Made by a program: the position numbers and the translations under genes. Positions 1 to 13,800 of a stretch of 64,000 bases of DNA are shown piece after piece. Where the stretch lies: NCBI GenBank assembly GCA_964304625.1, contig OZ199838.1, positions 13,287,745 through 13,351,744 on the forward strand, given 5' to 3'. Source of the DNA: Kudoa neothunni (lineage: Eukaryota > Animalia > Cnidaria). Each line of letters begins with the position of its first letter. Position 1 is the first letter of the stretch. Under the pieces are notes generated by a model. That model ran no database searches. It worked only from the letters and a program-made list of their open reading frames with translations, and was not told the DNA's origin.

Positions 1-288
1 TAATCAAAATTTATTCGATAAATTTCCTCTAAACTTTTTTAAAACAGAGCACACACAATAAAGCTTTTAATAAATGAAAATACACATGGGGTTATTACAT
101 CCCAAAAATCGTCGGAAGATTTTTTAATGTACTTATATAATATATTTTTTCCCAAAAATTACAACAATAAAATTTCGAATTATTCTACAAGAATAGCTCT
201 ATTTAAGCATGCGCAAATAGGAAGAAAAAAGTTATTGCTAGTTCAAATATTGTGTTGAGGTGTAATACACCCCAAAATCGTTAGAGGG
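1..288. mobile_element. Right end of a piggyBac-like element (left part outside the window)
   Basis: Ends CGTTAGAGGG followed by TTAA (289-292). An imperfect palindrome GGTGTAATACACCCC sits just inside the end and recurs near 88-115. Confidence 0.65.
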
Positions 289-793
289 TTAATAGAGACT
301 CTTAAGATAATTTTGTAAATATTAAAGTGATTAATCATATTTACCTTTTTATACGCTGAAATTTGATCGTTACCAAACAAAATTTCTTACAGACAATTTT
401 CAGAACAATTTTTCCGAACATTGGATTATGATAAAATTTTGTTAATTTTTTACAGTCCGGAAGTGGGCAGACCCGCCGTGTAATACACCCCTACAATAAA
501 CTTATGCTGAACATAAATATTTGAGGAAAATTGAACTAGCTAAAATTTTATATTGGTTAAAATTGTTGTTTATTTTATAATAAGTAGCAGAAAATTTTTA
601 AATGAGAAGAAATTAGCCTCTTAATCATCCCATAAGGCGCGGAAACGATTAATATGCGTACAAATTGAATTAATTAATGTCTTACAATATACTGGACAAA
701 TATTTTCCCTTCATCAATAAACTTTATATATACTTCCTCGTTTAATTAAGTTTATTTTTAAAATAATCCTTAAAATTGAATTATTGGTACATA

Positions 794-2158
794 CAATATT
801 TCACGACCAAGATGCAAACATGGCGCATATCTATTAAAATGTTAGACTTACTTCTAAAAATGTCGATTCAAATTTAAAAAAATCTATGTAACACTGAAAT
901 AACAGACGAATTTATAAATTTTAATCATATATTTTTGTGTTTCTAGTTGTTGATTTCTTCCTTGTGCAAGTAGGCCGAAAATGATGGTTTCGAATGCTTC
1001 GCATAATTCGCACAGTTCACTTCTGTTATTTCTTTTGGGCTTTTTCAAATACATTCGAGTAGCTTTTAATATGTTTTGGGTCCTATCCGTTTCACAATAG
1101 ATTTAAGTTGCCCAAATTCTTCCTCAATCGGATTAAGGAATGGCGAATAGGGTGGTAAACGCAAGAATTTATGGGGGTTGTTTTGAATCATTGACTTTAC
1201 ACTATCAGTTTTGTGGAATGCGATGTTATCCATTACTAAAATCGCTTTTTTATTGAATTTGCGTCCAAATTTTCGAAAAGATCCGTTAAAATGAGGAAAA
1301 ACAAATTGGTTTACACCTCCCGTGTGAATTTTAAATTCCCAAATCTTTTTACTGCTCATGGCTGCTACGAACGTAATATATTAGGATCTAATAGATTTCA
1401 CTTTTAAGTTTGCTCTAGCTCCCGTAAGTGATCTGCCTTGAGTACATCGAATTGACAGAGAAAACCTAGATTCGTCAATAAATAGAATTTTAGAATATTT
1501 TGGTTCCAGACGGATGTATTCGTTCACATAACTAAAAAAATCATAAGTCAATTATAAAAATTAATTTTATACTCATATCTTAAAGAAATAGTTCTAAAAG
1601 AATTCTTGTCCACTGACACTAATGGTATTTTTCAGTGTATAGTGAAATTCGTTCAGAACCCTGAAGAATGTTTGTAGAGAAGTCCGAATGGAGTATTTCT
1701 CGAAGACCTTTTCAGATAATTATTTAAGGGATAGCGTAGAATTGTCATCCACCTCATTAAGAATCAATTGTTTTTGATCAGCGTTCAATAATGAACAGCG
1801 ATCTCCACCTGTTGCCAGTCTTTCTTCTGATCCCGTTCGATTTATATTTTTGACAGTTCTACTTGTCGTAGGTTCGTGAATATCCAGGGATTCAGATATT
1901 TGACGGTTGGTGTTCCCATTCTGAATGGCTTTAGAAATTATATCAAAATATGATTACTTGGAGTTGTTAGAAAATTTTTCCCTATCTTTCTTGTTTACAG
2001 TTTCGTGTTATCTTTTGATTTTATTAATAATTATTGTTTCAGCGGGCATATCTGAATCTTAATTCTTAAAAACTGACTAGCGCGCGCCATGTTTGCATTT
2101 TGGCGGGATATGCCTGCATCTTGATTCGAAAAGTTTGTATCTTGGTCGTGAAATATTG
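794..2158 (-). mobile_element. IS630/Tc1-mariner DD34E transposon, degenerate; transposase carries a 41-nt intron
   Basis: TIRs CAATATTTCACGACCAAGAT / ATCTTGGTCGTGAAATATTG, flanked by TA (792-793, 2159-2160). Minus-strand motifs ILFIDESRFS and VMDNIAFH...LPPYSPFLNPIE with 34 residues between D and E. Frameshifts present. Confidence 0.93.
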
Positions 2159-4621
2159 TAAACAATAAAAATATATAGATTATAATAAATCCAGTTATAA
2201 CTATAGTAGTTTCTTAAGTTGATAATATAAATAAATAAAATAATATCATACTTTTAAATTATAAGATACCAGAGTTTTCTACCATACTTGTATCATTTCA
2301 ATTCTCTAGCAGTTCTGTTATTGAAATATTTGATTGAAAGAAATAGAATAGAGTATACACCTATAAACTAAAGATAAAGTATTTAGTTAAACATTCAAAT
2401 TGGGGTAAAACAGCTTTCCCTGTTTTATCCAACAAAATTAATATTTTTCAGAGCCTTTCGTAAATGTAATACATCGAAAATACCAAATTTCACGTTTAAA
2501 ATATTTCAAACTGCAAATAAAAAATTAAGTTGTGAAAAGTTAATCAAACTGCTTCTTTATTTGAATAAATTTTTTTAATAAAAATAAACAGATTCCAAAT
2601 CACATGATAAAAATGAAATTTAGTTGGTAGTCGTTGAATAGATGACAAGTTAGTGATTAATTAATACTTCATGTTTGCTCAAAAAATTTGTACCAGTAAT
2701 ATATTAATTTTAAACGAGAAATAGCCACTAGATCTTATTTTAGAGAACACAATGTAGTTATTCTACCAAACACGCAATATTCTGATGCATAATAAGCGTA
2801 ATCGACCGAATAAATAAAACTGGACGAACATATTATTAATCCAGAATAAAGATTTGAATATTTTTAATATTTGATTCGAAAGATTATAGAAATTTATACG
2901 GGTCACACTATTTTTTTGTAAAAATATAAGCCACGGTTAAAAAAGGTTGTTTTAACTGCTTTAAAGCTTTATAGGATATGCAACTTTATATAAAGTTAGG
3001 AATAACTGATTTCAATAAATTAAAGCTTGATACCTTCAAATTTTTAGATGCCATAATCACTTGAATTCAAACAACGCTTTTTGTATTTTTACGGCTATAT
3101 AAACCCAACTAAATCTGAAATAAAGAAATTTATAAATAATTTACAAAACTCTCTTATACATTAAATCAAATCCTTGAAACAAGTTAAATTATCAACACCA
3201 TGCTAACTTTGTAAACAATGTGTATATAAAAATGTTTATTGGATTACTATAGGAGGATATATAATCAAAAAGTTTCTATGGTCGAAGATGGCACAAATAT
3301 GACTGAAGGAATTTTCTTAAAAATATACATTATTTCGAATTAATTATAAATCATAAATTATGATTTATATGACAGAGCGTTAGAGATGTTTACGTGTGGT
3401 GGTGGTGGTGGTCGGATTTAATCAATGCATTGATTCGGTCAAATGTATCACTGCAATTGCTTAAAAAATTAAACTTGATAGTTTACGCATTAGCTATTTG
3501 TTACATATGAAATGAAACGCAAATTAAAAAGGGTAGAAATTTTTAATCAGAAAAGGAATGAACCACAACAAGGCATTAGTGATTAACTCAAGCATAACAC
3601 AAAATTCAATTTTTAAAATAGTCTCTGTATATTTTAGACTAATGCAGCCCAACACATTAAATCATTAACAAAATAAAACTATTTTGGAATCTAATCGAAA
3701 CTTAATGTGCTTATGCGGCGCATTTCGATAAAGTTAAGCTGTCATTGCCGAACCTTCTTAGCGAACAATATAATGCGCGAACGCACAGCGATACAAGAGA
3801 TTAAAAGCAATTCGTTTCACGATTAACAAAAACTTTTAGTCCAACTCACCGTCCATTTATAAACGATCTATTATTGCATTATATGGCGCCACTCGTATAG
3901 GAACGGAATCTATTCATTATTGATTTTATTCAGTTGGCGATTACAACACAATAAACAGGAAAACCCGATTGGGAGACAAATATAGCATTTAGGATCCACG
4001 ACAATTTACGATGTCACAATTGTATATATTGGTAATACGCTCAAAACAACAGTAATTAAAATCTATCCCGATTATTTAAGAGATAATAATTTACATTAAT
4101 TTTATTCGTAAGCAGAGTGTGAATAATCTAAATTGGTAAGTCCGATTTAAAGTAAACAAATAATGAATTAGTAGGAGGATATTTTATTGCTTGCAGTTTA
4201 CAAAAACCCAATAAAAATTTGTGTATGTGTCTCAAAGGTGGGCAACATTCGAATGAGCAAAATGATGTGGTTTACAACGTGTAAAACCGTTAAAAACCCT
4301 TGTGACATTGGTCGTTAAATCCTCCGAAGATTATAGGATTATCAATGAACAACTGGTTGACAATGTTTATCTATCAACTCACCTGTTTCTACTCATCATA
4401 AATATATTATACAAATATTATCCATCTATAAACTAATACAAATTATTAATTTAAGTTATAATAACTCAAAATTACGATAGAATGTATTGTCGGTTAATCT
4501 ACATCTAAGTAGATTATAGCAACGCCTTATTTTTAATAAGCATATAGGATTATTCGGATATATTGCGCATAACCTAATCACAGTCGGTTTGGTCTGTAGT
4601 TGTGAATTCCAAGGATAAAAA

Positions 4622-5393
4622 ATGGTACTTATTACATCCGATTTTCAATCACAACCATGCATATATACGTGTGTGTCGCTATCACATTTAATATACCAAT
4701 ATTGACACTCACCTAACATTCATCGATTAGTATTGGTTTTTTTTCTACCTACACAAATGTGTGTTTGTCGTGATCACCTCTGCTATAGTATTAATGGTGT
4801 TTGTTTGGTTCCACGGTTAGGATGTTTAATCTGTGACACTACTTATATTAGCGTGTGTGTGTGTGTGGGTGCTGTTATGCATAACAGCAACCAATCCCAA
4901 TGTGTGTCATTCGATTTGAGTTATTTTTCACATGTAGAGTTCTGGTGTTGAGTGTGATGATTGTGTCGCTGACAAATTCAAGGAATTTAAAATGGTCGGT
5001 AAAAGTGCTGTCAAAAAGAGAGCTATTTTGTTCAAAGTGAATGATGATATGACCAAAATTGTTCATGACACTGACTTCGATTCACTCCTTGGTTCCAGCG
5101 CTGATATGACTCACGATACTGAGTATCAAGCTTTTTTGGCTAAACTTCCGGCTAACGATTGTCGATATGTTCTCTATGATGTTGAGGGACAACGTAGTGA
5201 TGGCTGCCCCACCAGTAGTATTGTTCTTTTCAGTTGGGTACCTTCGTCTTGCTCTATAAGAAAGAAGATGGTTTTCGCTTCTAGCAAAGATGCTATCAAA
5301 AACAAATTGCAAGGAGTTAAATGTGAGATTCACATGGAATCCGCTCAAGAATTCACCTGGAATGATATTCTTGATCGTGTGAAGAAGTGTTAA
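4622..5393 (+). CDS. ADF/cofilin, about 152 aa; exons 4622-4624 (ATG only) and 4938-5393
   Basis: ATG|GTACTT...CATGTAG|AGT TCT GGT GTT gives MSSGVECDDCVADKFKEFKM. ADF-H motifs DCRYVLYD, LFSWVP and KKMVFASSKDAIKNKL. An intron straight after the ATG is typical of this family. Confidence 0.93.
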
Positions 5394-5589
5394 CAACATT
5401 CCTTGAATCTTCTAAAAACGAGCGACTCCAAAAACCGTTCATTATTATCTTGTTATTGTGACGCTATTATAGAGCCTACATCATTACTTGGTAGTGTTGA
5501 ACTGTTTTTTTATTGCGTTGCCTGGTTTGATTTTGATTGGTCAATTGCCAAACAATCGCATTCATTTTAATATAATATACAATACTTAA

Positions 5590-6456
5590 CCCTCGAATAC
5601 CTGGAGATGTCCAATCAGCGCTTGTTATATCAATAACTTTTACAAAATATTTTATTTCCTTTTCTCCCTGGGTGTATTTTATAATAAAATTGTGTTTTAA
5701 AAATATTCAAGTAATGGAGTTTTACGTTTAATTTTTTTCTCTAAGAATCAGAAAAAAGCTACACACATGCCTGTACCTGAACATGCCCATCATAAATGAA
5801 ACGTTTAAATAGTTAAAATATATAAAAAAAGTTTTCTGCAGTAAAATAAACATAAATGTACTTTTAAGCGAGAACTTTTTTTAAAATTCATTTTTTTGTC
5901 TCAATAACTACACGATTCTGTTAACTAATTTAATCTGGCATAGGAATCACACTTATTACAATAATCTTGTTAAACTAGATATCGAAAAAAAGTAACACGT
6001 TAAATATAGCTGCTTAAAGTTTAATTTATACCGTCTTATCACAACTTACAAATTCAAAATCTAAAAATCCTTACATTAAATACATTTAACAAATTTATGC
6101 CGACAGGGGGAGAGATTTCGTAATAAAATGATGGATTTTGAGAATAATGGGAAACCTTAGCTGTTATATAATATTAAGAAGAAAATGTGAAAAATAAAGC
6201 TATATAAACAGATTATCTCTAATTTTTCGCGCCTTTAAAAGTATACACAAACATAACTATTCCTGTTCTTCGCATTTGTGCAGATAAACGTCACAAATAT
6301 GTATCGTTGATTTATTTTTATTAAATTAAATTTATTACATTTTAAAATGTAAAAAATAACGTAAATAATTATGTTCTTAACCTTTAATACAACGATTTTT
6401 GTTATTTTAATATATTTAGGGGGTGGTCACAGTGGCCACCTCCAGGTATTCGAGGG
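5590..6456. mobile_element. Non-autonomous piggyBac-like element (MITE), 867 bp
   Basis: Perfect 17-bp TIR CCCTCGAATACCTGGAG. TTAA TSD at 5586-5589 and 6457-6460. No long ORF. Confidence 0.92.
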
Positions 6457-7599
6457 TTAATTGTTTGGTGGGTGAACAGTTTTCTGTTTTATCTGTGATA
6501 GTACATGAGATTGTTCTTTTGTGCAGCTTATTTAAAATATCATTTTTTACTCGATATTAAATAATGTGGCAATAAAAAGCGATTACTCGTCAATTATATT
6601 ATTTTAGGTGTAAGTTTAATTCAGGTTTATCGGATATAAACCGAACGCATTTAATTAGGAGTTGTTAGATAACTATGAGTATTCGTTAACTTTTGGTTAG
6701 TTATTTGAAATCATGTGATATTTTTAATTTCGGTTGGTGTAAGAAATAATATTTAAAATTATTTGATGAAATTCCAGCCTATTTTAAGTTTTGAAAGATC
6801 AACTATTTTATTTTTGATGTTGTACCTCAACGGCCAAGGTGATAAGATTTGTTTCCTATATTGGACAATAGTTGGCGCCATTTTGGATGCCACAAGTGGG
6901 TTATGAACAATTAGTTTATTACTGGCATCCTCTGAGGGTATTAAAAATTACCACCAATGTAATTATGATAGTATCCTATGATGAATGACGCGTAGTTTTT
7001 AATATGAAATACACTTATTAGTCAGGATTAATATTTAAGATTTGTCCGATTATCCATTGATTTAAGCTAACAAATATGCAAACCCATTACAGACGCGAAT
7101 AAATTAAAATTGGAATGTATGAAACTCCAAGGAAAGTATATTTTATTCGAGTTCTAATGTTAGCTAACTTAACAACATTATGAGGGATGAAAGCAAATTA
7201 AACATTTTTTAAAAAACAATATTTGATGCATATAAACATCAACATATTATTCACTTTTGGGAAACTACTCTAATAAATAATCTTTCGTTCGTAAACCCAG
7301 ATGGGCTACCAATAGTTAGAGGGTAATTTTGGGAGAGGCTTTACATGTTCTATCTAAGGCAGTGTTTCCCAACGTGGGCCCGCTCCACTGGAGGGTGGTG
7401 GGGCGCGGAAAATCATGAGAATTTATATAACATGAATTATGGTTAGATAATTGGGCAGTATGACGTAATTTGAATTCAATACCGAGATTTTCGATATCGC
7501 TTATCATTGAGTTACGATTAATCTTTTATCTACTATCTATTATATACTGTATTTCAGGATCAACTTGAAACAAAAACAAAAATGATTTAAACTATTAAT

Positions 7600-8620
7600 T
7601 TTCAATAACCTCAGAATTTAGACATCTAGTAAAATATGTTTCAGAGTGGTTAAAATAGTTAGAGCATTGTTCTGGCGATATTTGATTAGGTGTATCTAGA
7701 TGGCATTATATAGTTCGTCTTTATTCTGAGGAACTTTGTTTCTAACAAGACATTTTATTTGATTGAATAATTCTTCAATAGGGTTTAAGAACGGAGAATA
7801 CGGCCGTAGAAACAACATTTTATGCCTGCTGTTGTTGATTTTATTGACAATAACATCCGTCCTGTGGAATTTTACATTACCCATGATTATCAAAGAATCT
7901 GGAACTCCGCAATCATCAAATCTTTGAAAAGTTGGTCGATATATTCTGAAAAAAATATGTTGATTCGCCGAGCCTTCATGAACTTGAAAAGTCCACATTC
8001 TATTGTAACTGATATCAGCGATAAGAGCTATATTCTTCGGCCTTATAAACTGAACATTTCTACTTGCCCTAGCGCCTAATGGCGATCTACAAAAGATCGC
8101 TGCATAAAAAGTGAAAATCCGGATTTGTCTATAAATATTATGTGAGGTAGTTGTGGTTTTAAATTCAGATATTCGAGCATATAACTACAACCTTTAAACA
8201 TATATATATATATATATACAGGAGTTAAAAACCTTTTTCTTTTAGATATATTTTTGTGAGAATTTCTCGCTACAGGTACGAGTGAAATCTTTTCAAAACA
8301 TTACTAATTGTCTGAATCGATTCGTTTATTCGAAATCTCGCTTTAACGGCGTCTACCAGCGATTTTAATGTAATCGTACAATGAAATGTCGATACAATTA
8401 TTATAAATCGTTTTTGCTCATCATTCAAGATAGAACGCCGATCTCCATCCGTCTTCTTCTTATTAAAATGTTGTGTTTCGTCAAATTCTTTTATAATACG
8501 ACCAACGGCGGTAGGATGACATTTAAAAGCTTTAGCGATTTTTTTTTCTTGTCATTCCGTCCTTGAAAATTAAATAAAATAATTATTACAATTATAGCGG
8601 CTTACATCATAAAATTCTAC
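7600..8620 (-). mobile_element. Degenerate IS630/Tc1-type transposase (second lineage) with a 48-nt intron
   Basis: Motifs IIFIDKSGFS and IIMGNVKFH...FLRPYSPFLNPIE, with both the D-E pair and the second D mutated. Stops and frameshifts present. TIRs not identified, so boundaries are approximate. Confidence 0.85.
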
Positions 8621-10813
8621 AATGACAGGCCTCTTAGAATTTTCATGATTAGCATGTACTCTTTTGGAGCCATTGATATTTTGAAATGTTACATTTTGAT
8701 ACGATTCAGTTGAAGAAGGGTCTGATGTCCCACTTAATCGCATACGCAGTAAAAAAATTTTCCTTATAGAGAGACATATATGAAATTTTAAAAAAATCAT
8801 AATGTTCCGAAAAATCTTTAAGTTATTTTCAAAGTGCCAAATGTTCCTACGACTGTTTAGAACATAGTGATTTTTCGATTCAAAGTTTGTTAAACGAATT
8901 ACATGAGTTAAGTTGTAGGTTTAATACCTGCCTATGTACTGGTGGTGGTCGGTTGAAGTTAACTTTCACCCTTTATACTCGATCAAATGTTAATTAAATG
9001 ATATCACCTATCTTTATATATAGGGTTGGTGTGTTTATTTGAGTGTTTGCACAAATACACTCCTTATGTCGGGAGGTTAACGTATTTGACTTGAATAGCA
9101 TATTTTTAAAGTGCTGTTAGTGGCTTTAGATATGGCTAAGAGTCTATATTTGTACCATTAATAGTGAATTCGTAGAGCATGCTATAATAGGATAGATTAA
9201 AACATTATAATGCAAGCGTTGTATCCGTGGATTTCATTGAAATCGTCCGCTATGTTGAACTTTCAATGATTAAATTTAATGCAGATGGTTGTACTCTTAT
9301 TTCGTCTAATTATATAAATTATTAATTTTAATAATGACGAAATTTGTAGTTGTTTCTGTGAAATTGCGTATTAAAATGTATGTCGGACCAAAAGATATTA
9401 ATTTGAGCAATAAAAATTAATTTTCTTATGTTTTCTTCTATCTCTATATATGTTTTCTTTTTTTCTCTCTTGAGCAGTCGTACGGAAGTTTTCTGAGCGA
9501 GCCGGGCCAAAACTGGACTTTGAAAAATCCAAGGACCAAAAAATAACGTTTTAAATAGCACTTTAATGGAATTGGAATAATTTAGTCTTAATGGCGGGTC
9601 ACGAAATTGTTAATTAAACGCCGGGGTTGATGCACCCCTGTACAGAAATGATCATGATTTCAATTTCGCAAATTACAATCGTTGAAAGTATGATGCATAA
9701 AAATTTTTAGTTTATTGCTTCTATGGGTTAATCCAAAACTTCAATATGTTTTTTAAATGTTATTAAGAAGCGTGTCTACGTGATTCTTCCCAAGCAGCGT
9801 TGGGCAATTCCCGTTAGTTAAAAATATGGGTCAAACAAAAAGTAATAAAAATAAACTCACACAGTTTATTTTGATGAAAATTCTCAGTTAACTTTGTTGC
9901 TTTTTCGTAAAAAACTCAATTGTACATACCTAATGACATAATTTTAATCAAACAGACCTTAGTTGGAATCAATTTTAAAGCAAGGCAAGTTTTTCAATGC
10001 ATAATTTAAATGTTTATTTCCTATATTAGGATTATATAATTATAAAATATTCTTATTACTCACTTACTTAATAATTTATGATCCATATGCCACTGTAACT
10101 TCGAAATTATATTTCTATTGTGTTATTACAAAAATATTGACGATAACTTAATATACGCGTGACAAGTTATAATTTTAATTAATAAAATAAAAACAATGGA
10201 TTTCTAAATTTTTAGAGATGTTAATGTCGCATTATTTCACAAAATCACCTGTGTAAGAACCAGTAAGAGAATCTCATACTTCGTTTAATCGTTTAATATA
10301 TGTTAAATACGGATTTGATTTATTCTCAACGTAATATACATTTTATAGCCCAATAAATGTATTGATTGATGTTAAAAAGGGTTTTAAATACCAAAAGATA
10401 GTTAAATTGAATAAAAATATTTTTCGACTTGCGTTTATCAAAATTTTGCGAAATCATGATATTAAACAATTTTTATTCATCATATAAACTGTAAAATGAA
10501 AAATTATTTATTAGAAACGTGCATTTTAAATTTTTAAATATATCTTTAATTTTTTCCGCAATACCATTTCTTTTTATATTTAAACCCCAGAAATATTTAG
10601 CATATTTGATAAAACTTCAAGTGGACACTTCTTAGTGCATAAATGACATACTTTTTGATGAGATCGAAAAAAATTTTTTTTTTCACATCTGGCGCAAATA
10701 CATTGGTGTTTCAACAAACGCTCAGTCATTCAAAATCACCTTGAAATTTCGCCACGTAACCGCGCAAGCGCAATAGAGAGTGTTGTTATTCGCAGTGGGG
10801 AGCAAATTCTCTA

Positions 10814-13800
10814 ATGGTATCTCTGGCTTCATACTTTAATGTAATTTGATTATTTGTAGGAAAACAGATTCTCCTGTATAGAGACCAATCATAATGGTTT
10901 AATAGTAAGGAGTTCATACTAAAACAATGTAAACTAAGTTTTTCTAATTAGCACGACGTACAACCCGATTTTTTTGGAAAATGGCTAGCAACATGTTCAT
11001 CCGATAACACAATTCACATTTATGATATGAAAAATCTTGAAAAAACCAAACCAATTGCTATACTTAGTGGGTAATAGTTCTTTCCAACAACCTTATCGTT
11101 TAAATTGGATCAGCCTATATTATCCTGCCTTTAGGCATGAAGGTCCAGTTTATAAGTTATGTTGGGCTCACCCACGTTTCGGTAATGTGTTGGCTTCATG
11201 TTCCTATGACAAGAAGGTATTTGTTGTCATGGAAAATATAATTTAAATTTAACAAAAGGTTATCATATGGAAAGAACACCTTGGCACCTGGACAAATGTA
11301 TACACATATGAAGGTCATAGTGACAGTGGTAAATTGATTTTTTGTGTTGGTTGCGCATTGTAAAACTGCGAGTTTTCTACTTTGAAATTATTTACCTAAT
11401 AGAAATTTTATTTTTACCTTTGAACGCGTCTTAAGCGCGAGCTTTGAATTTTTTGTTGTCGTTTATAAGACAAAGTTTTTTGTGTTCGGTTATAAATACA
11501 ATAGTTAAGTAAAGAATACAATCTTTTGTAATCGTTTTATGTTTAAAATATTATAAATTTTTTTCTTTTTCATTAGAGAATTTTGATGAAAGCATGAACC
11601 AATATCTAACTAATTTAAGCTAATTCAGTATGCCCTGATTAGGCTAATTCTGGCAGATCTAGTCAACACACAAATTATAGCTTCGCCGTTAATATTTGTC
11701 TCATTAAGATTTATGATTTTTAATTTAATTTACAACCCCAAGAAGGCTTTCATAAAATTACATGGTTTCCTGTTTTGGAATCTCAATTAAAAATTCTATA
11801 TACTGATTTAGTCGATTTATTATATTTTCTAAATCAGGGGTTCTCAACCTGGAGTAAATTTTAAACGCAAGGGGTAAATTTAATGGCGTCAAAATTTGAT
11901 AGAAGCGATTTTTGCATAAAGGGTTTGTGACGTAACTAAGGATTTCTAAGGAATTATATTATTCAAGGCTATTAAGCCCAATAAAAAGTTGGCAGAAATG
12001 CTTATAATGTTTTTAGGAAGAAATATTTTAAAATTATTTACGAAACTATGATCCGCCTCTTTCTTATATGGCTCGTTTATTTTTTAGTGATGCAACCTAA
12101 TAATAATAGTAAAAATTAAAGTGGGTATTTGTATTGTAAATAATATTTAGGTGTCATTAGTTTGGACTATTTTTAATTATTTCTGGCCCCTAAGAGCGAA
12201 GGATTGGGATAGAAATTATTTAATTTAACAAAACCAAAGAATAAAATCTGTAGAAAGCTTATGAGTAAAAGTTTATGGGATTAAGAATTGTCATTATGCA
12301 AGCGTACATGCTTTTTAGGGGAAGATTTTACCCCTCATAATAGCTTCTTTCATTGCTAAAATAGTATAAAACCGTGAAGTAAATTTGAATTTGGCTTCCA
12401 TGCTAAGGGTGTAAATTTGGATTTTTCACTAGGTCGAGGGGGTAATTTAAAAAAACCGGTTGAGGAACCCTGTTCTAAATCGTTTTAATTGTAAAAATCT
12501 ATTGAAATCGTTAATAGATATCTTAGCACGTATTCCGTGTATATTAATATACAATAGTTAATAGCGAATGTTTGGGCCCTGTTGACTCACAGACATTTGA
12601 GAAATATGCATCCCAGTTTCGTTGTTGGTCCGAATGGACTCCATTTTATTTATAAAATTAAAACATGGTTAAGATGTTTTATAACTGAAGAAGAATAAAA
12701 TAATTAGTTTCTTATTAACCCAATAATGGGTTTTAATTCCTATCATTATCATGCGTAGGTTCAATTGGATTTTGTTAAGATTCTCTATTCTAAATATATA
12801 TCAAGTTATTCAGATATATCTCTGTTTTGTTATCTTTTTTAAGATATTTTTTCATTCAAATATGAAAAATATTAAAATTTTAACGAGTTTTCCATCGTGA
12901 TAATCAGTAAAAAAAATTTATTCGAGCTAAATAATTGATATCTGTCAATACCTACATAATATTTAGTTATCACAGTGACATGGTCACTTCAGGAGCATGG
13001 CCTTAATTTATTGTGTGGCTCGATGGACGGCTGTATTAGTATGGTTTATCAAATACGTATGACAATGAAGTTATTTGTATGATAATTTGAATCCTTTTTG
13101 TTGTAGACAACGAATGGAATTCTATTAAAAAAGTAGTGGCTCACCAGGTATCAAAATGTTAACTAATATATTTAGTTATTTTTTATAATTTTTTCGCTTA
13201 GATCGGAGTCACTAGTGTGTCATGGGGTCCTCCTTATATTTGGGAAGATGTATTTTAGGAGTGTGTGCAGCGGTTAATATTTTCTGTAGGATAATTGCAT
13301 TCCCATCCAACAGTTTGTTTCTTGTGGGATGGATGGATCTATTAAACTATGGACGTAAAAATTGATCCATGATTGTTTTCTGTATGTTCTAATTGCCTTG
13401 TATTAGACTGGAAGATAAGAAACCGGTGCTTCAACAAAAACTGGAATCCCATATGGATAGTGTTCGTTGTGTTGCATGGGCTCCCGATATTGGTACTAAC
13501 GATATGATCGCAAGTGGCAGTCAGGTAAGACTATATTTTATAACACATCCAGCAGACATTAGCTGAGTTATTGACATAAACTTGGTGAGATTTGCCGCAA
13601 TGTCGACTCGCGTGTGTACCCTAAGTCTTAATCATTACTTTCCATTGTTTACCATTCCATCCTATTCAGCTTCTATAATTATAATTAACCGGACTTAAAT
13701 GTTAATAATAACAATTATCTTAGTGTATTGAAATCTCAATAAATTTTAGCCCGTACGTGCACTTTCGACCACTTTTGGTAATCATTTTTACGCAATCGCT

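Noticed and set aside
3385-8990. Shared GGTGGTGGTCGG...TCAAATGT motif near 3400 and 8940
   Set aside because: Short and low in complexity, probably decayed repeat ends; no boundaries or function can be supported.
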